Positions 1 to 11,444 of a DNA stretch of 64,000 bases are shown here, piece after piece (position 1 is the stretch's first letter; each line of letters starts with the position of its first letter). Position numbers and translations under genes: made by a program. The stretch spans positions 53,134,001-53,198,000 of the forward strand of contig CM059425.1 in the NCBI GenBank assembly GCA_030390025.1. The letters run 5' to 3'. The stretch is from Squalus acanthias. Its lineage: Eukaryota. The notes beneath the pieces were generated by a model that saw only the letters and a list, made by a program, of their open reading frames with translations, did no database searches and had not been told where the DNA came from.

Positions 1-1910
1 AACAGCATAGTCAAGTAGCAATGATTGTAAATAGGTATGGCATAGGAAACCTGGTGTTGTGCCTCAGTAACATTCTCTGATTACCAGTCCTTGGGAATTG
101 AGGGTGAACAGCTCAAAATAACATTTATTACTCTTTTTTTAAAAGTCATCTACTATTTAAATTAGGTCAAAAAGCTCTTTATTTTAAATAAATGATAGTG
201 GGTACTCTCGTCCTTTAAATGCGCGTATTGCCCACTTCCCCATGGGGGGTTTCTGGGTAAATTAAATTTTTGGAATATCTCACGCCAAAAATTCAGCTGC
301 AACAATGACTGCTATGTCGTAACTCTGCCAAGTTTCCAATTCTGCAGAAATTATAAAACTGCAAAGTGTGCTTTTTAAAAAAAATAGACGACAAATATGA
401 TTGGCGAAGTGATACCATGTGTTAATAAATGACTAAATTGTCTGTTGCGAAAAGACCCTTTAAGATGAACTTTCTAGTTTTTTTGTAATGTAGTTTCAGG
501 CCTGGGAAGCATGTTTAATGTTTTTTATTCCGAATTAAGAAATAAACAATTAATCTCTTAATTTGTTAGTCCCTTTTAAATTAATGTAGAATTGTATGAT
601 GATCACAAATATTGAAACTACACTGTGCATACTCCTGTGACATAGTGATGTGTCTAGGTTTATGGGTCGTTTTCAGAGTCCGAATTCCAAATTCCAATTG
701 TATAAGTAAGATGCTCACTGAACTGTTGTAATATATAAACAATTTTGTCTTATGGTCAGCTTTTAGTGATAAGTACGTAACATGAAAAATCCAACGAGGT
801 TGTGTTTACTCTGGTAAAGTATCGAGCTTTAACAGGATGGCAATCTGAACAAACAGGTCACTGAGTGAGTGCTGCACGGATCATTTCTTCCTTTTATGTG
901 GAGCCGAGGTGGGGGAGGGGTGTATCCTGATTTAAAGTTCGACTTTAGAAGCGCTACAGAAATTAGTTTTACTTTCGGAACTATTTTTAATGAAACAAAG
1001 TTGAATGCAATCTACAGCATAGTAACTAGTGGATGTTGATATAAAATATAGACCTATTTCAGTGTTGTTCATGGAATTGCAATAAACTAACGGTAGCGGA
1101 AAAATTAGATAAAAGTTTTAAGATAACATTTTCCAGTTGGCTTTGTTTCTGTTCATTGCTAGATTTCCTATTCTATAGCCATTACAAGTTCGAGTTAAAT
1201 TTTACCTTTATTCAACAGTAACCAAATGGTTATATTTATATTAAAGTGCTGACGTAGCCTCCGAAGTTGATGGCCCACATCCATATTAATGATTAAACCA
1301 TACTGGAAAAACAAGCAGCACCTCCCTCACCTCGGGGCACGCACCATCGGGCAACTACTTTCATGGAAAGTAAATACAAGTATTCATTGGGAGAGAGCTT
1401 ATCGTTTTAGATTGCCGTTTACACACAGCAAATTGCACAACAGGAAACTGACATTGGGTTGGTTAGATTTGGGTGGAAGTTGCATAATTATTTGGCCAAA
1501 CATTTTAACGAGTTTTTTTAAGCAATGAAATTATTTAATACTTTTTTCTGACGTTACGATGGTTTGTTTTTACCATTTTCCCATCAAGCCTCGCCGACAC
1601 CGCTCTTAAATCGGTCCGAGTATGTTTACTTCGAAAGAAATGTGGAGATTGTAGTTTTAAGAAACTGCCCCCTTTGTTTCTGGGATGGATACGTCAAAGG
1701 TCTGTTTTACTAGTTTAACGACGATCTTAAAAATACATATGTCTTGTAATGAATGGATTTCTGCCAATACATTGGGAGTCTGCAAAGCAGATGAGCAGCT
1801 TCAGTGCAGAATTATCAGCAGAGAATAAAATGTGGGCTCGGTCTGTGAGTGACATGGCGCAAAACGCTGGAGAGTTGCGACATTCTAAAGAGAACTGAAA
1901 TAGAACAGGC

Positions 1911-1970
1911 CCTGACGTCATGGGGCGGGACTGGAGCTGCTGTTGAAAGCTGCAGCTGAGAGGCGGGGGA
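1911..1970. promoter_or_regulatory. Upstream CRE plus GC-box cluster
   Basis: Palindromic TGACGTCA at 1913-1920, followed by GGGGCGGG (1922-1929) and AGGCGGGG (~1960). Confidence 0.55.
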
Positions 1971-2499
1971 AAACCTAGACAACATCGCAAACACTGACAT
2001 AACATCCTCACAAGTTAAATATGTATTTATACAGTAACTACTTTCTATTATCATGAGGGTTATGCTTTTATGACGGTTAAAGGAGATCCTCTTAACGCAG
2101 TTTTGTTTTTAGTCATTCTAATATTTGGCCCGAAGTTGTAGTTAAAAGAGGTCGGCAAAGTAAATGTTATTTCGGTCCTATTGGGACTGATTGGAGATAG
2201 GACTTTCGTAGTTTAATTGCAATCTGGAATTTTAAATGTATAAAGTAATTGTTGAACTAGTGTCTAATTTTGCCTTTAAATACAACTTTCGTCCTTTTGC
2301 CTGTTGGTCTTCAGTGCATTATGAGAATGTTGAGAATTACAACGGACCTATTTTAACGAGCATTCCCACAATGTACTCTAGTAACTGAATTGTTAAAATG
2401 GAAAGTTTCTCGCATTCGTTTTGAAACATTTTTGGGGTCAGGAACCAAACCACGTTACCATCCGGCACTACTGCGTGTGTGAAATTGCGTGGTGGATTC

Positions 2500-4620
2500 G
2501 AGCAAATCAAGTACACGATGATTCGCGTGAAACGAGAAGCGAGGGGGCGAGAGTGAGACTAGGATGCTTGCGTTAATACCTAAATGCATTAGGCCTGTAA
2601 GTGCCCCGGAGCTTTATAACTCTGCAGTTTTAAGATTTTTATTGACCAGAGCACACATGCTGGAGAGTTAAGGAAGGGAGGGGGAGGAGGAGGAGAGAGG
2701 AATGTGCGCGTGCGCAGCAGCCGTGTTGCGGCTGCAGAGCGGCGGCTGACGTCACGTGGTGCTCGGAGGAGCTCGGTGGCGCGGCCGAGAGGAGAGGAGA
2801 GGAGAGAGCGAAGAGAAGAGGAAAGGGAAGGAAAGTGAGCCCGGGCCCGGCCACAGCACCACAAGGAAGGGCCTACACATCACCCAGCCCCCGCGGACAC
2901 ACCGACAACACACGCTAAATTTCAACACCTTCCGCATCATGTCCGCTGCACAGGTGTCTTCGTCCCGGAGACAGTCGTGTTACCTCTGCGACCTGCCCCG
3001 CATGCCGTGGGCCATGATCTGGGATTTTACCGAGCCCGTGTGCCGGGGCTGCGTCAACTACGAAGGGGCCGATCGTATCGAGTTTGTGATCGAGACGGCG
3101 CGGCAGCTCAAGAGGGCTCACGGCTTCCAGGAGGGCCGCTCCCCAGGGCCGCCGCCTGTCAAAGTTCAGTCCTTGGGCGCCAGCAAAGAGGCGGCTCAAC
3201 AGCTCAACCACGTCGACGGCTCGTCCAAGGCGCCGCAGCCGCCTCTCGATCGCTATTCCCTGAGCGCCGAGAGACCGCGCTTCGAGTACCCGGGCCTCGC
3301 CCACGCTGGCAGGCTTCCCAATGGCTTGAGCGGACCCAACGGATTCCCCAAACCCGAGGACATCCCGCCGGAGCTGAATCGGCAGAGTCCCAATTCATCG
3401 CGGAGAAATCACGGCATCGTGCCTCCGGGCCCAGTCACCGTGCCGCCCAACCTGCTGCCTCAGACCACCTTAAACGGCCCGTCGGCGGGAGCCCTGGCCC
3501 CGCACGGTCTGCTCGGCCGGCCGTCTCCATCCACCAGTTTGGCGGGCACCTCGCTGACCACCAGCAGCCAGGTCCTGAGCGATGTAAACAAGCGGCCGGG
3601 CTCGGTGTCCAGCAGCGACCAGGAGAGGGAACTGAAGGAGAAGCAGCGCAACGCCGAGACCCTGGCCGAGCTGGGCGAGAGCCTGAGGAACCGCTCCGAG
3701 GACTGGGCGAACAAGCCCAAGATCGTGCGGGAGACGCTGCTCACCCTGTCCAACTGCAACCCCTTTGACGTGCGCTTCAAGAAGGACCACTCGTTGCTGG
3801 GCCGGGTGTTCGCCTTCGACGCCGTCTCCAAGCCCGGGATGGACTACGAGCTGAAGATCTTCATCGAGTACCCGAGCGGCTCGGCCAATGTCTTCTCCAG
3901 CGCCTCGGGGGTGGCCAAGCAGATGTACCAGGACTGCATGAAGGATTTCGGCAGAGGCCTGTCGTCCGGCTTCAAGTACTTAGAGTACGAGAAGAAGCAC
4001 GGCTCGGGGGACTGGCGCCTGCTGGGCGACCTGCTGCCCGAGTCGGTGCGTTTTTTCAAGGAGGTGGTGGGGGCCGACATGCTGCCGCAGCCCCACATCG
4101 ACGCCAGTTGTCCCATCTTGCCCACCGCCCTGTGCAACCTGCCCCGTCCCCCGCCCAGCAGCTCAAGGACTGGGATCCGCAAGCGGAAAGCCTCGCCCGA
4201 GCCCGACTCGGAAGCGGGCAGCGTAAAGCTGGAGGAGCGGCAGCAGCAGTGGTTGTCGAACCAGAACGAAGCCTTAAAGCTCACCATGGCGGCATCCGGC
4301 GCCTTTGGAGCAGGCGGCGTGGCGCACGGGGGTCCCCCCCTGCCACCCAACCGGACCACCCCTCCCGAATGCAGCGCCCAGAATGGACAGTCCCCCATGG
4401 CCGCCCTCATGTCCGTGGCTGACACCCTTGGAAATGCCCACTCGCCAAAGGACAGCAGCAATTCCGTACACTCGACCACTACGACCAGCGCCAGGAGGAA
4501 CAGCAACAGTCCGGTGTCCCCGGCGTCAGGGGGCAGCCAGCGCCGCATGGTGTCCAGGAACGGGGATGTTGCTCTGTCCGTGGCCCCTCCTAACAGCCAT
4601 CCCAACCCCAGCATAGATCC
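2500..4620. other. CpG island over the IRF2BPL promoter and most of the CDS
   Basis: High GC and dense CpG compared with the AT-rich, CpG-poor flanks; edges estimated by eye. Confidence 0.85.
2670..2760 (+). promoter_or_regulatory. IRF2BPL proximal promoter motifs (GA-rich tract, NRF1-like site, overlapping CRE/E-box)
   Basis: TGCGCGTGCGCA 2705-2716 (NRF1-like); TGACGTCA 2747-2754 overlaps CACGTG 2753-2758. Confidence 0.6.
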
Positions 4621-4924
4621 CGTTCACCCTCCAAACATTCCAGACTCACCGATGGCCAACAACGGGCCCCTGTGCTGCACCATTTGTCATGAACGTTTGG
4701 AGGACACTCACTTTGTGCAATGCCCGTCAGTGCCCAATCATAAATTCTGTTTCCCATGCTCTCGAGAGAGCATCAAGGCTCAGGGGGCGAATGGAGAAGT
4801 TTATTGCCCCAGTGGAGAAAAATGCCCTTTAGTAGGTTCAAATGTCCCTTGGGCATTCATGCAAGGAGAGATTGCTACAATCTTAGCAGGGGACGTTAAG
4901 GTCAAAAAAGAAAGAGACCCGTAA
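2939..4924 (+). CDS. IRF2BPL: Interferon regulatory factor 2-binding protein-like (EAP1), 661 aa, single exon; N-terminal C4 zinc finger and C-terminal C3HC4 RING
   Basis: ATG at 2939 gives [61 protein letters not shown] (IRF2BP zinc finger). Also present: [10 protein letters not shown], the central block [32 protein letters not shown] (4178) and [21 protein letters not shown]...KVKKERDP stop. The ORF-track GTG start at 2756 is unlikely to be the real start. Confidence 0.97.
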   Translation: MSAAQVSSSRRQSCYLCDLPRMPWAMIWDFTEPVCRGCVNYEGADRIEFVIETARQLKRAHGFQEGRSPGPPPVKVQSLGASKEAAQQLNHVDGSSKAPQPPLDRYSLSAERPRFEYPGLAHAGRLPNGLSGPNGFPKPEDIPPELNRQSPNSSRRNHGIVPPGPVTVPPNLLPQTTLNGPSAGALAPHGLLGRPSPSTSLAGTSLTTSSQVLSDVNKRPGSVSSSDQERELKEKQRNAETLAELGESLRNRSEDWANKPKIVRETLLTLSNCNPFDVRFKKDHSLLGRVFAFDAVSKPGMDYELKIFIEYPSGSANVFSSASGVAKQMYQDCMKDFGRGLSSGFKYLEYEKKHGSGDWRLLGDLLPESVRFFKEVVGADMLPQPHIDASCPILPTALCNLPRPPPSSSRTGIRKRKASPEPDSEAGSVKLEERQQQWLSNQNEALKLTMAASGAFGAGGVAHGGPPLPPNRTTPPECSAQNGQSPMAALMSVADTLGNAHSPKDSSNSVHSTTTTSARRNSNSPVSPASGGSQRRMVSRNGDVALSVAPPNSHPNPSIDPVHPPNIPDSPMANNGPLCCTICHERLEDTHFVQCPSVPNHKFCFPCSRESIKAQGANGEVYCPSGEKCPLVGSNVPWAFMQGEIATILAGDVKVKKERDP

Positions 4925-5800
4925 TTTTTTAACTTCAGTAATTGAAGTAAAATGTGAATAAGAACTAAAAAGTTAGTCTTATGTATAGACATTTTTCATT
5001 TTCGTCGTATGTTTCTATATTTTGAAACAAGGTATGTACTCTTCTTCATTTGAAGGATGAACCTGGTTTTGTTTAAAGAATATCAGATATTACTGCTTAA
5101 TACTGTTTTCACTTATTGATGGCAGTGTGTTGGCTAGGTACAGAATCATAGCACTTAGCAATTAACGCTGCTGGTGTGTTTTTGTAAATGTATGCACTTC
5201 GCTGAATTGCCAAGGCCAGTGTTGACGCCTGCAGAAATGCAAACAAATTGTTACAAAGAATGGTTACAGTTAGTTATGTTACAAGCCCTGGGGATAGTCT
5301 CCTACAAAGTGACTTTTTTTTAAAGGTGAGGGGTTCTTTTTATTAGTTTCCAAGGGCAAAATCTTTCATTTTATGATTCAGTGATCTGAATTTTTTATAA
5401 TGTGTTTTTTTTTGCTTTATGGATGCACGAATGCTTTAAATAGTAGAGCAAAATGCTGTACTGTATATGACAAAACTGCTCTGTTTGTTCTTTATACATT
5501 TCTGTAGTAACAGAAGACTGTAATGTGCCTTGGAGCTGAATAAATTGTAATAAATTCAATGAATAAGCTCCCTGACTAGTCAATTTCTTTACAGACTGTA
5601 AGAAATGTGAACAAATTGGATGTGGATACCTGTGAGAGAAAATGGTTGCTTTTATTTCTTTAAAAATTACATTTCTACAATCTCTGTCAGAGATGTCATT
5701 CTTGTAATTAAATAAATGCTATCATTGCAATATTTACTTGTCTTGGCAAAGAGCCCACATATTTATAAATCACCTGAATGTTTATCTTTAAAAATAAACT
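4925..5800 (+). other. IRF2BPL 3' UTR with several polyadenylation signals
   Basis: AU-rich sequence after TAA; AATAAA at 5539, 5549, ~5710 and ~5793. The true 3' end cannot be determined. Confidence 0.65.
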
Positions 5801-8800
5801 GCTGATTCAGGTCTTTCCATTCACTTTTTTACTGGACTAAAACCTGATGAGTTCCAGGTTGTACTTTATTTCACTGAAACAAAATCTGAAATAATTGTTC
5901 TAAGATTAAAGGCACTTTAAAGTGATTGAATGTTACTGTGTGAAATCAATGCCAGTTAACTGTAGTGGTCCAGGTAATTGTAACAAGTTTGAACACAGAT
6001 GGTAGACCAAAAAAAACAGCTGTTTCACTTTGAGCTGATAAAGTAGGGGCTGTGGTGCTGGTACAGGGAACTGTATCTTGCATTCTATGCAGCATATTCC
6101 TAATCTGAATTAAATGCTTTTTAAATTTACCTCTTCAAATCATATGCACTTTAAACCAAGCAGTTCAATATTTATTGTAAATGTTCAAAAAATATTTTCT
6201 TCAGATATAAAATGAATGCTATTTGCTTGCCTTGTGGGAGTTTCCTTATTTTACACATTTGCAATGTTTACATTCCTGGTAGTTTGTCCTAATGTATATT
6301 TACAAGTTATGGTTCCACAGTATACCTATTAAACAACTTAATGCAGTGGAGTACTGCAACTGGACTGCTACAGTTAATGTTTTTTTTAGTTTGCACAGTT
6401 GAGTTTCTATATCTGAAAAATGCACTTTCCCTGAACATTAAAATATTTGAAGTACTCTTCTCACTTTTGAAACGTTAATGGCGAAAATAAAAGAGGAACT
6501 TGGTGTGAACATTGACTTAATTAACTGGAGATGTAGTGTGATACTTTTATGTTTGGCATATTTGTTTTAAATCACAACCTTTTGCATCTTTAGAACATAT
6601 TCCAAAGTTAACAGTCAAATGTACCACTTTTTTAATTGAAGGAGTAGGGAATTGTGATGAGCTGAAATGTACTGTTGCATATTTTTAATCAAACCCACTG
6701 TAAATGTTCCATCCATAGATTATCAGACCCCTGTACTGTAACCTGGCAATTTCACATTGATATTAATAGTTCATAACTTTTCTATTGCTGCTAAGCTACA
6801 TGTATTCTGTAAAGTGATTAACAGCACAAAATTAAGTTCCTTAATGTGGTAGCTGATACTATTTTCAAAGAATAACTGAACCGTATTTGATCTTTAATCG
6901 AGGGCTTGTGCATTCAAGATTTGTATCTCCAGACCTGTTTGTTTATACAGCTGTTCTTCATCTGTAGATTTTGATTCTGAAGGTACAAAGTTGGGAGTTA
7001 TTTTTATATTTTAATTACAAGGATTTTTAATAGTTATTGTTGATGTTTGATAAGGCATTTTGTTTATAGCCTTGATCTTGTCCTCTGTGCCAAATCACAT
7101 GTTCTCACAACATGGTCTAGGTAATAAGTCCAGTAAGATTTTAAACAACCATATAACCTAAATAATTTCCCAACCAATGACCATATTTAAGTGAGTTTTT
7201 CACATTTCCTAAGAATAATTGTATATAGGGGAAGAACCAGAGAGAGTGTTGCCTGTCCATTTTATCCACCACCAACACTAAAGCTGATTTTCATTTTGAT
7301 ATACACTAGCTCATTTGAAATGGATCTTTCCATCTTTTTAACGTTCTGGCTCTGCACCTGTTTGAAAATATTCTTGATAAATACTCTGATAGGTTTAAAT
7401 AGAAATAAGGATCATGTTTAACCAGAAACTGGATAATTGTAGTTTTGGAATAATTCTCTTAAATGTTGAAATGATGCACTAGTTTTGTGTTTTAATTTGA
7501 ACAAAGACTACTTTTGTGCAGATGTATAAGCATGTTTATCCATTAACTGTTCTATTACACATTTATCACTGTAAACAGAAATTCAGTAGTATTTTAAAGT
7601 TCAACGTACTTTGAAATGATGAACCTAGTACTACAAAGAGCAAAACACACATTACACACCACAAACTGAGCAGTGTTGCATCAAGCAACAAATACTGCAG
7701 AGGTAATAAAATCATTAATAGCTGTAGAATTTATATAAAAAGGGTGGTGGCTAATAGTGAAATACCTAATGCAGTACTGAGTGAAAAAGTTGGCCCAACA
7801 CTTGCGTAATGAAATTTGGATATTTAATAAAACGTACTGTGTTGGTATGTGCAAGTGTATTACTAAAGTCTTAAAGTTTTTTTTAAAGTAAGCTGTGATG
7901 CAAAAACATTTAATTAATATAAGCAATGACCAGAAAAGGCAGTTGTTGGTGGGAGGAGGGAAGATCAGTAAAGGGAGGGTGATGGTGCAGAGAGAGCTAG
8001 ACAGTATCAGAATATATTTAAGTACCAAGTTGCAGAGACTAAAAGAAGGGTACTTATGATGACATTTTATGACGTGTTTCACACTGATGCAATGGAGAAG
8101 AGTGCTTGTAGATCTGAAGAGTAGGTCTGGCCTGATGGTTTTGAGAGTAGAACATAATGCATAAGATTTTTAGATGTTGCCGAGGATGGACTGGTTCCAC
8201 CCACATTAAATGTTTAGCATTGTGAAATAGAGAAATTAATATTGATCCAAACTCCAGTTCTAAATCAATGGCAGGTGAACTTCAAAACTCAATCAAGTTC
8301 ACAAATACAAGACTTGGATTCATTACAGCATATTATGGATCAGTTGATTAGAGAGAGAACTAACTTCTCCAGAGAGAATTAACAAAAGGTGCTGTAACAA
8401 GGCCTAGTATATCTGTGGACTATAGAGAGGCTACTGCATATATCTGCAGTTGCTTACTAGAACACCTGATGTTCCATGCTTGTATCATTTATTACTCCTT
8501 CACAGGGAATCCACATGTAACCCATACAATAACAATCTTCGGTATAACTTCCGCAGTCTTTTAGGAAGTTTTACTGTGCTTTTCGGACTTGTTTCATGCT
8601 GTTGCTTAAGAATTGCAAGAGGATTATCTATGTGTGTCCCTTGTGTGCTCTCTTTGTATACCCAAATTAATTTAATTACTTCAACTTTACTGATATTTTA
8701 TGGCATTACGTAAAGTGGCATCTCTTACTGTATTGACATCTAATGTAAGTAATTTTGCTAACTGGAGTAAATGTGCTGGGGTTGCTGGTATAACTTTTTA

Positions 8801-11179
8801 TTTACAGTAGAAGCTTAGTTGGAAATACCCGTATAGAAAATAAATTACTTTTATCCAAACATCACTATTAAGCAAACACCATAGAACATGTCCAAGAAAA
8901 TGTTAAAAAATGTTCCATTTGAGATTTAAACAAATGTTCCTATTGTCAAAGTTCTTTGTTTTTGGCTTTATTGAAATTAACCCCATATGATGTGTTTGAC
9001 ATGTGTTTAAAAATTTGCCTTGTCTAAGTAATAGTTGCTAATTAACTATTGCATGTCATGACCTGAAATTTTCTGCAGTCAAATAACTTTTAAATATGAT
9101 CATTTAAATGTATTGCATAATCCTATTTGGCCATATTTTGCATTGCTAAGTTACCATCTCCTTTATTCTGTAGTCATTCTCATCTGTGTTCACTTTCCTA
9201 CAGTAGGGCTCCTGATTTTTAAAGTAGCTCAACCTACAGCTATTTGTAACATAATTTAAATATTTGCACCATGCATGCCACTGGTGGAACTGTGGAACAC
9301 GAGCAGTATTATAAATCTGCTCAGAAAACAGATCTGAAAGGAGAAAGTACCTGCAGGGGCAGCCATGTAAAGTACTTGCCATTTTATATCTCTCATAGAT
9401 TTGGGTGGCTTATAAACAATTTCCTGCAGAGAGAAATCTATGTAAAAGACTGCTTGTAGCTCCAAGCAAACCAATATTTTACAAGAGCATATGCAGTTGC
9501 TGATGTAATAGTGTCTTGTCAGGGGCAGTGTTTGCCAAGCAGAAGGGATATGGATGGTTGCATTTAGTGATCAGACCCAATGACTTCAACTGATTTGTTT
9601 TTATATGAAGTTGGTCAGTTCAGAGTTGTTGAGCAATATTTTGCCAATAGATTTCTCTTTACAACATTGAGCTAATAAAATAAACAACCTGTTGGAAGTA
9701 CTCTCCTAAAGGCACCTTTTCCTTTAATCCTGTTACTTCTGCTGATAAGTGTACATGATTATAAGTGTGAAGTCCTTGTATCTGTAATGTTCCTTTTAAA
9801 AAAAAATAAATATATCACAGAAATTGTGTTGTGGATTTTTTTTTTAGGAATACTGCTCAGCTAGCAAACCATTGAGTGATGAGCGACTTCCCTCTGGGAA
9901 TAGCACTGACTGCAACCTTAAATCTAAATGCTTAATAATTTAATTTGTTTAAAAGCCCTGCTGCTTTAATCCAAGTCCTTTGGTTAATCTTTGTAATGTT
10001 AATGGTTTGCTTCAGCCAAAATACTAAGGTGTTGGACATTGTGGTCTAATGCACAATTTCTACAAGTGAAATAATTTCAGTCACGGCGTGTTTGTGTATT
10101 TTAAACATGACTGAATTTGATTTTCACCGTCCGTACTTATTTATGTTTGATTTAATATCTTTTCCTTTTTTGTTTTTTGGTACCTCTAGTGCAGATGGAT
10201 ATAGTCAGGAGCTTCTGTTTCTTTGTTTTAGGCTGTGAAGGGTGCCTGAAGGTAGTTGTCTGCTGATGAAAGTTCACTGCTGCAAAGAACTTTCCAGTGC
10301 CATTTTAGTGAGCATTTTTCTACGTTGTCTCGTAATCAGCATGGCTACACTTTCTCCAGTTGGATCATATTTCACAGTAAAGTTTTTCATGACCACTTGC
10401 TTGTTTTTCCAAATACTTAGTAAAGCATCAGTAAAATCAGCTGGCTCGAGCATTTTGGTAGAGGCCTGCGTACAAGCCACCTCCCCACTTTCTTAACTGG
10501 GAATAATACATGGAGTAAGGGGACCAAAAGAAAAGGGAAGAAAACGTAATTAAAAATACAAATTGGAATTATTTTATTATTTATATAAAGAAGTTCTAAT
10601 ACAGTCTTGCAGAAGTAAAATAAATCCTGATGCAATGTTTGCCAAATTAATTGGGGAATTATTGCTTGCCAAGTAACATAATTTGATCACAGGAATCTGT
10701 TGTTGTCTGCCAGAAAACACTAGCTACAAAGATTAAAATGATGTGTTAAGAAATCACCATGTTTCTTTGAAAATGCAAATGTTATATAATGCAATGAAAG
10801 TGTTACATCAAGAGGTCAAGTTGGTGTCAATAAACTGCTTGAGCCTTGTTTATAGTGTCATCATACCCTTTACGTGCTATTGCTTTGCAGACCTATATAC
10901 ATTTTTAGAAAACATATTATTCCTATGATCACTACAATGTTTTTTTTAACTTTCACGGATTCTTTCATTGAATGTTGTGATGCGGCAGTGTGACTGGATC
11001 CTGTTGCAATGGAGAAACCATATAATATATCCCAACATTTTTACATGATTCTGAAAGGCAATTTTTGAATAGAGTGTACTTTGACAGGAGCCATATTTTA
11101 AAAATCATAAATGCCAGTATTAACTTTACAAATGTTGTGCTGTTTTGTATAGATAGCCTACTTGTAACATTGAATAGTT

Positions 11180-11444
11180 TCACCACTGGGGGACATTGTT
11201 GTTTCACCGTCATGTAATGCATTCTGGGAAAGATAACTAATTGAAGCCAGCTTGTGTCCTGTAGCTGTGCTATAAAACTTTCCAGAGACTTTTGGCTCGT
11301 AAACAAAACACATATTTACTACTTTATGAGCCAGAATTCTCTGGAAAGTTTTATAGCAATGCTACAGAACACAAGCAGGCTGGATTGAAATCAACCCAGA
11401 ATGCACTGCACGAAGGAGGAGTAATGATCTCTTCCTGGTGGTGA
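11180..11444. repeat. Long imperfect inverted repeat (fold-back hairpin, ~120-bp arms, 19-nt loop)
   Basis: Perfect 21-bp pairing 11268-11288 with 11338-11358; further paired blocks 11218-11228/11395-11405 and 11180-11186/11438-11444. Confidence 0.9.

Noticed and set aside
2756-2938. 61-codon N-terminal extension of IRF2BPL from a GTG
   Set aside because: Low-complexity GA-rich leader; the GTG lies inside the promoter E-box; the conserved protein starts at MSAAQ (2939).
2915-4616. Overlapping alternative-frame and antisense ORFs (263 aa, 256 aa and others)
   Set aside because: Expected shadows of a GC-rich CDS with few stop codons; no recognisable domains.
5582-5605. Small hairpin ATTTCTTTACAG-A-CTGTAAGAAAT near the poly(A) signals
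   Set aside because: Short and AT-rich; plausible by chance.
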